Positions 48,166-52,228 of a stretch of DNA of 52,228 bases are shown here, piece by piece. Each line of letters opens with the position of its first letter. Position 1 is the stretch's first letter. The translations under genes and the position numbers were made by a program. The notes under the pieces were generated by a model, which saw only the letters and a list, made by a program, of their open reading frames with translations, did no database searches and had not been told where the DNA came from. This DNA is from Actinomycetota bacterium. Lineage in GTDB: Bacteria > Actinomycetota > Actinomycetes > S36-B12 > UBA5976. The stretch spans positions 1-52,228 of the forward strand of contig SXYE01000052.1 of NCBI GenBank assembly GCA_005789325.1, in the 5' to 3' direction.

Positions 48166-50862
48166 GTGGTTTTAGTGCTTGACAAGATTCTTCGTGCCGG
48201 TGAAGGTCGCGTTTTAAAGAAACTTGAAAGTCTTGCTAGGCAAGTAAATGCACTGGAGTCTGATTTAAAAAATTTAACAGATGAGCAACTTAAGTCTTTA
48301 ACCTCTTCATATAAGCAAAGAGTTAGTCAAGGCGAATCACTAGATGATTTATTGCCTGAAGCATTTGCAACAGTTAGAGAAGCGTCCCTTCGAGTTTTAG
48401 GACAAAGGCACTACGACGTTCAATTAATGGGTGGTGCCGCACTTCACTTAGGAAATATTTCCGAAATGAAAACTGGTGAAGGTAAAACTTTAGTATCAAC
48501 TCTTCCTGCTTATTTAAATGCGCTTAGCGGTAAAGGTGTGCACGTTGTAACAGTAAATGATTACTTAGCTCATCGAGACGCCGAATGGATGGGAAGAATT
48601 CATAGGTTCTTAGGTCTTACTGTTGGAACAATTAGTCCAAACATGGACACCATGGAACGTCGTGAAGCTTATCTATGTGACATAACTTATGGAACAAATA
48701 ATGAATTTGGATTTGATTATTTAAGAGACAACATGGCTTGGTCTCCAACGGATCGCGTACAACGTGGTTACAACTTTGCAATAGTCGACGAAGTTGATTC
48801 GATTTTGATTGATGAAGCACGAACACCATTGATTATTAGTGGACCGGTAGAAGGCTCGAATGCCTATTACAAAGATTTTGCTCGAATTGTGAGCAACATG
48901 CAACCTGGTAGAGATTATGAAGTGGACATAAGGAAAAGAACTGTTGGAGTATTAGAAGAAGGTATTGCCACAGTTGAAAAAGCATTAAAAATTGATAACT
49001 TATACGAATCTATTAACACGCCCTTAATTGGATTTTTGAATAACGCAATAAAAGCTAAAGAACTTTTTAAACGTGATAAAGACTATGTAATTTTAAATGG
49101 GGAAGTTTTAATTGTTGATGAGCACACAGGCCGTATGTTGCAGGGTCGTAGATATAACGAAGGAATGCATCAAGCAATTGAGGCAAAAGAAAATGTTGAG
49201 ATCAAGTCAGAAAACCAAACCCTAGCAACAATTACATTACAAAATTACTTCAGAATGTATTCAAAACTTTCTGGTATGACTGGAACAGCAATGACAGAGG
49301 CAGCTGAATTTGACAAGATTTACAAATTGGGTGTTGTTCAAATTCCAACGAACAAATCAATGATTCGAAAAGATCAATCAGATTTGATTTATAGAACTGA
49401 AGAAGCAAAATTTATAGCAGTTGTTGAAGACCTATATGCACGACACGAAAAGGGTCAGCCTGTTTTAGTTGGAACAACAAGTGTTGAAAGATCTGAATAT
49501 TTAAGTGGGTTATTAAAAAAACGTGGGATTCCACATGAAGTATTGAATGCTAAGAATCATGAACGAGAAGCAGCAATAGTTGCCCAAGCTGGTCGTAAAG
49601 GTTCTGTAACAGTTGCAACAAATATGGCTGGGCGTGGAACTGACATCATGCTTGGCGGAAATCCTGAATTCTTAGCCAATGCTGCTGTAGTTCAAAAAGG
49701 TTTTGATCCAGATGATGACTTAGATGCATACAACAAGGCCTATTTAGAAGAAGTGAAGCTTGCATCTCAAAGGGTTGCCGCTGAACACGACGAAGTTTCA
49801 GCACTGGGTGGACTTTATGTTTTGGGAACTGAACGTCATGAATCAAGACGCATTGATAACCAATTAAGAGGACGATCAGGTCGTCAAGGAGATCCTGGCG
49901 AATCTAGATTTTATTTATCTTTACAAGACGAACTTATGCGCAGATTTAAAGGTGAACTAGTTGATGCTTTCTTAAGAAGATTTAATGTTCCAGACGATGT
50001 TCCAATTGAGGCCAAGATGGTTACAACAGCCATCAGAAATGCTCAAACCCAAGTTGAACAACAAAACTTTGAAATTAGAAAAAATGTACTCAAGTATGAC
50101 GAAGTTTTGAACAAACAACGACAGGTAATTTATGCCGAAAGAGCAAAAGTTCTTGAGGGACAGGATCTTTCAGCTCAAATCTTAGAATTTATTGACGAAA
50201 CTGTTCAAGCCTATGTGCTGGCAGCAACAAGTGAAGGTTATCCAGAGCAATGGGACCTAGATCAATTAATGATGGCTTTGAAGAACTTGTATCCGACTGC
50301 CATTTCACTCGAGACTTTAAGACAACAAAATGGGGGAACAATTGATCAAGATATTCTTCTGGAAGCGCTTAGAAAAGATGCGGCACAAGCTTATCGAACC
50401 AGGGAAGCACTTCTAACACCAAAAGTTATGCGCGAATTAGAACGACAAGTTGTTTTGAGTGTTTTTGATAGAAAATGGCGTGAACATCTTTATGAGATGG
50501 ATTACTTGCAAGAAGGAATTGGGCTTCGAGCAATGGGTCAAAGAGATCCGTTGGTTGAGTACCAAAAAGAAGGTTATGACTTATTTGTGGCAATGATGGA
50601 TGCAATTAAGGAACAAGTTGTTGGATTTACATTTAATGCCCAAGTTCAAGTTCAGGAAAACCAACAATCGGTTGAGGCAAAAGGTTTCACTAAAGTTGAG
50701 AAACAACAAAACCTTTCCTATAGTGCCCCTTCAATTGATGGCGAAGAAGCAAGTACTCAACCAGTTGTTAAGCAAAGAACCGTTGTTGAAGTTGGAAGAA
50801 ACGAACAATGTCCTTGTGGTTCTGGCAAAAAATACAAGCGTTGTCACGGTTTAAGTAGTTAA
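48166..50862 (+). CDS. secA: preprotein translocase ATPase SecA
   Basis: 898 aa. [10 protein letters not shown] Walker [30 protein letters not shown], and a C-terminal zinc motif [17 protein letters not shown] start (48166, or 48175). Confidence 0.98.
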   Translation: MVLVLDKILRAGEGRVLKKLESLARQVNALESDLKNLTDEQLKSLTSSYKQRVSQGESLDDLLPEAFATVREASLRVLGQRHYDVQLMGGAALHLGNISEMKTGEGKTLVSTLPAYLNALSGKGVHVVTVNDYLAHRDAEWMGRIHRFLGLTVGTISPNMDTMERREAYLCDITYGTNNEFGFDYLRDNMAWSPTDRVQRGYNFAIVDEVDSILIDEARTPLIISGPVEGSNAYYKDFARIVSNMQPGRDYEVDIRKRTVGVLEEGIATVEKALKIDNLYESINTPLIGFLNNAIKAKELFKRDKDYVILNGEVLIVDEHTGRMLQGRRYNEGMHQAIEAKENVEIKSENQTLATITLQNYFRMYSKLSGMTGTAMTEAAEFDKIYKLGVVQIPTNKSMIRKDQSDLIYRTEEAKFIAVVEDLYARHEKGQPVLVGTTSVERSEYLSGLLKKRGIPHEVLNAKNHEREAAIVAQAGRKGSVTVATNMAGRGTDIMLGGNPEFLANAAVVQKGFDPDDDLDAYNKAYLEEVKLASQRVAAEHDEVSALGGLYVLGTERHESRRIDNQLRGRSGRQGDPGESRFYLSLQDELMRRFKGELVDAFLRRFNVPDDVPIEAKMVTTAIRNAQTQVEQQNFEIRKNVLKYDEVLNKQRQVIYAERAKVLEGQDLSAQILEFIDETVQAYVLAATSEGYPEQWDLDQLMMALKNLYPTAISLETLRQQNGGTIDQDILLEALRKDAAQAYRTREALLTPKVMRELERQVVLSVFDRKWREHLYEMDYLQEGIGLRAMGQRDPLVEYQKEGYDLFVAMMDAIKEQVVGFTFNAQVQVQENQQSVEAKGFTKVEKQQNLSYSAPSIDGEEASTQPVVKQRTVVEVGRNEQCPCGSGKKYKRCHGLSS

Positions 50863-51338
50863 GCAACTAACAACTGAGTGCAGCGCCACCTATCGTTTTC
50901 AGCCTCAAGTCTTAAACCCATCCCTCGTCCTCTAAAACCTTTTTGAATCACAGCTGTGGCTTCAATGATTTTTTCACTCGTATTTTCGATTCTTAGACAA
51001 CGCACGAAAGGTCTGGCTCTTTTGGCATGAAGTTCCAGTTTTGGTTGAACTTGTCTGTCAATTTCTCGGTAAACATCAAATGAAACCCATCTCATTAGTT
51101 GAAAAACTGGACGCTCACCGATTAACACTTCAGCAATACCGGTGGCTAATTGTTTTGTCCAAGCTTCTGGTTCGGGCAGACCTTTAATGGTTTTGAATCC
51201 ATAATTAGGTTTGTTAGGCGTAATAGACATCTGTAAATCAATTTCTGTTTGCACCCATTGAGAGGCTTTAAGTTGAGTGGGGCGAAGATCCAACAAAATA
51301 TGGCCAACAATTTGCTTTTCACTTTTAACTATTTTCAA
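50859..51338 (-). CDS. Rv3235-family protein (conserved actinobacterial, unknown function)
   Basis: [23 protein letters not shown] ... [32 protein letters not shown] matches the family pattern found next to secA in actinobacteria (from memory). Confidence 0.6.
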   Translation of the reverse strand: MKIVKSEKQIVGHILLDLRPTQLKASQWVQTEIDLQMSITPNKPNYGFKTIKGLPEPEAWTKQLATGIAEVLIGERPVFQLMRWVSFDVYREIDRQVQPKLELHAKRARPFVRCLRIENTSEKIIEATAVIQKGFRGRGMGLRLEAENDRWRCTQLLVA

Positions 51339-51458
51339 TTATTCCCCTTTGTAATATAAAAAAAAGTTCAAAGATTAAAGATGGATGATGGTAGAGGTTA
51401 AGTCAATGAAGGTAATCCTTTTGGACAAAAGCCAATGGTTATGAGATCAAATAAAGCA

Positions 51459-51472
51459 GGGCATATATGCCC
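51459..51472. promoter_or_regulatory. perfect 14-bp palindrome GGGCATATATGCCC in the divergent intergenic region; candidate operator
   Basis: Self-complementary 7+7 with no spacer, 44 nt upstream of the GTG at 51516. About 0.01 expected by chance in a 177-nt gap. Confidence 0.3.
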
Positions 51473-51515
51473 CAATTTAATTGCGGCCTTTAGATAATTC
51501 ATTCAGAATGCAGGG

Positions 51516-52049
51516 GTGAAAGAAAATTACCTCTTTGAACTAGAAAGAAATCTGGAGCTACAAGCCTCAGGTTTTCTAATGCAAAAAGACAGTCTTTTAT
51601 TGCAATCACAAATTAGAACTGAGCAATTCCAAATTGGACTCTTTGATCGGGTAAGAGCCAATTTGAATCAGGAGATATGTGTTCAAATACTTGAGGGCCC
51701 CCAAATAATAGGCAAAGCCTTAGAGGTCGCTTTTGATCATCTTTGTGTGCAAGTTGGGATGAAAGAATTTGCAATTCCTATTTGGTCAATTGGGTTTATT
51801 AAGGGATTAACGAATAAAACCAGACAGGCAACAATTTTACAAAGTAAGTGGAGTATTAGTTCTTACCTAAGATCAAATTTGGTTGAAAAGAATCAGTTGG
51901 CTGTAAATATTGGTAAATCAATAATCCTAACCGGAAAAGTTGTAGGTGTATTCCAGGATAACTTCGATTTACAAAATATTGATGAGAAATATTCGATCCC
52001 CATAGCAAGAATTACCTATATTTCAAAAGATATTGATTTAAATGATTAA
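51516..52049 (+). CDS. hypothetical protein with two tandem ~45-aa repeats
   Basis: 177 aa, GTG start. Repeat 1 is ICVQILEGPQIIGKALEVAFDHLCVQVGMKEFAIPIWSIGFI. Repeat 2 is LAVNIGKSIILTGKVVGVFQDNFDLQNIDEKYSIPIARITYI. They share GK-x3-V-x2-D-x4-Q-x7-IPI-x2-I-x2-I. ATGATTAA overlap with the next gene. Confidence 0.5.
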   Translation: MKENYLFELERNLELQASGFLMQKDSLLLQSQIRTEQFQIGLFDRVRANLNQEICVQILEGPQIIGKALEVAFDHLCVQVGMKEFAIPIWSIGFIKGLTNKTRQATILQSKWSISSYLRSNLVEKNQLAVNIGKSIILTGKVVGVFQDNFDLQNIDEKYSIPIARITYISKDIDLND

Positions 52050-52228
52050 ATTTAAGAAGAAAGTGAAGTCTTCAAATCGGTTAAAGTTGAAAAAATCTCA
52101 AAGAATCTACATGACAATGGGAATTTGTATTTCTCTGCTTTCAAGTCTTGCCCTATTTTTAAATGCCCAGAATGCCAATAAAAGGCAACAAGTTTGGATA
52201 ACAAGTAAGGCAATTGCAGCTGGGGAAA
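52042..52228 (+). CDS. SAF-domain / CpaB(RcpC)-like protein, N-terminal part (runs off the right edge)
   Basis: Not in the ORF track because there is no stop. MIKFKKKVKSSNRLKLKKSQRIYMTMGICISLLSSLALFLNAQNANKRQQVWITSKAIAAGE: a basic N-terminus, one TM, then V-x-I/V-x-x-x-x-I-x-A-G-E as at the start of SAF domains of CpaB-type proteins. Confidence 0.45.
   Translation, partial: MIKFKKKVKSSNRLKLKKSQRIYMTMGICISLLSSLALFLNAQNANKRQQVWITSKAIAAGE

Noticed and set aside
51339-51515. 6C-type small RNA (often near ssd/SAF loci in actinobacteria), or tRNA-like sequences in the larger gaps (144-289, 34510-34663, 36837-37024, 51339-51515)
   Set aside because: I found no twin C-rich loops, no GTTCGAATC-like T-arm and no acceptor-stem complementarity. 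I therefore saw no RNA gene in the window.
1-52228. Mobile element, prophage, CRISPR array, toxin-antitoxin or defence island
   Set aside because: I found no transposase, integrase or recombinase ORFs. There are no direct-repeat arrays, no terminal inverted repeats flanking any block, and no obvious compositional break by eye. Every ORF over 100 aa outside shadow frames is accounted for by conserved core genes or by the envelope cluster.

Overview
This is a densely packed 52.2-kb chromosomal segment with about 50 protein genes. I saw no RNA genes. Most intergenic gaps are under 100 nt and many genes overlap by 1-4 nt at start/stop codons. The gene content is actinobacterial core: two WhiB genes, MtrA-MtrB-LpqB, AccA/AccD/AccE acyl-CoA carboxylase, GuaB3, PerM-like DUF6350, DUF3017, DUF3499 and an Rv3235-family gene. 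The DNA is visibly A+T-rich and compact, so I infer a genome-streamlined Actinomycetota lineage; acI/Nanopelagicales-like is only a guess. Left to right the window holds a whiB3-like / MerR-B12-like / BldM-like regulator cluster, guaB3, a PIG-L deacetylase, pcrA, an M23 peptidase, sucCD, a PerM-like gene, purH, mdh, icd, a CNNM gene and trpS. Then come sdhCAB (minus), the acyl-CoA carboxylase-maf block (minus), birA, a degenerate purK and an LCP-bracketed Wzm/Wzt glycopolymer cluster. The right third holds GDP-mannose genes interleaved with whiB2, ahcY, mtrAB-lpqB, a comF-like gene, a short hpf, secA, and the probable start of a SAF/CpaB-type locus at the right edge. I found no transposase, integrase, phage, CRISPR, toxin-antitoxin or recognisable defence genes. 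I do not see a clear-cut new system, and most of the window is conserved housekeeping synteny. Five things seem most worth follow-up. (1) The LCP-GT2-Wzm-Wzt-CDP-alcohol-transferase-GT2-LCP envelope cluster, including a CDP-alcohol transferase whose last catalytic Asp is His. (2) A PurK-like protein lacking the ATP-grasp lid and lacking an adjacent purE. (3) A perfect 13-bp UUCG hairpin embedded in the 3' coding end of a convergent gene, seen against the fact that all 7 convergent gene junctions have 7 nt or less (often negative) spacing. (4) The compact whiB3 / MerR-B12-like / pseudo-receiver LuxR regulator island. (5) An internally duplicated unknown protein coupled to a SAF-domain gene behind a perfect 14-bp palindrome. 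All functional calls rest on motif recognition by eye and remembered synteny; no searches were run.
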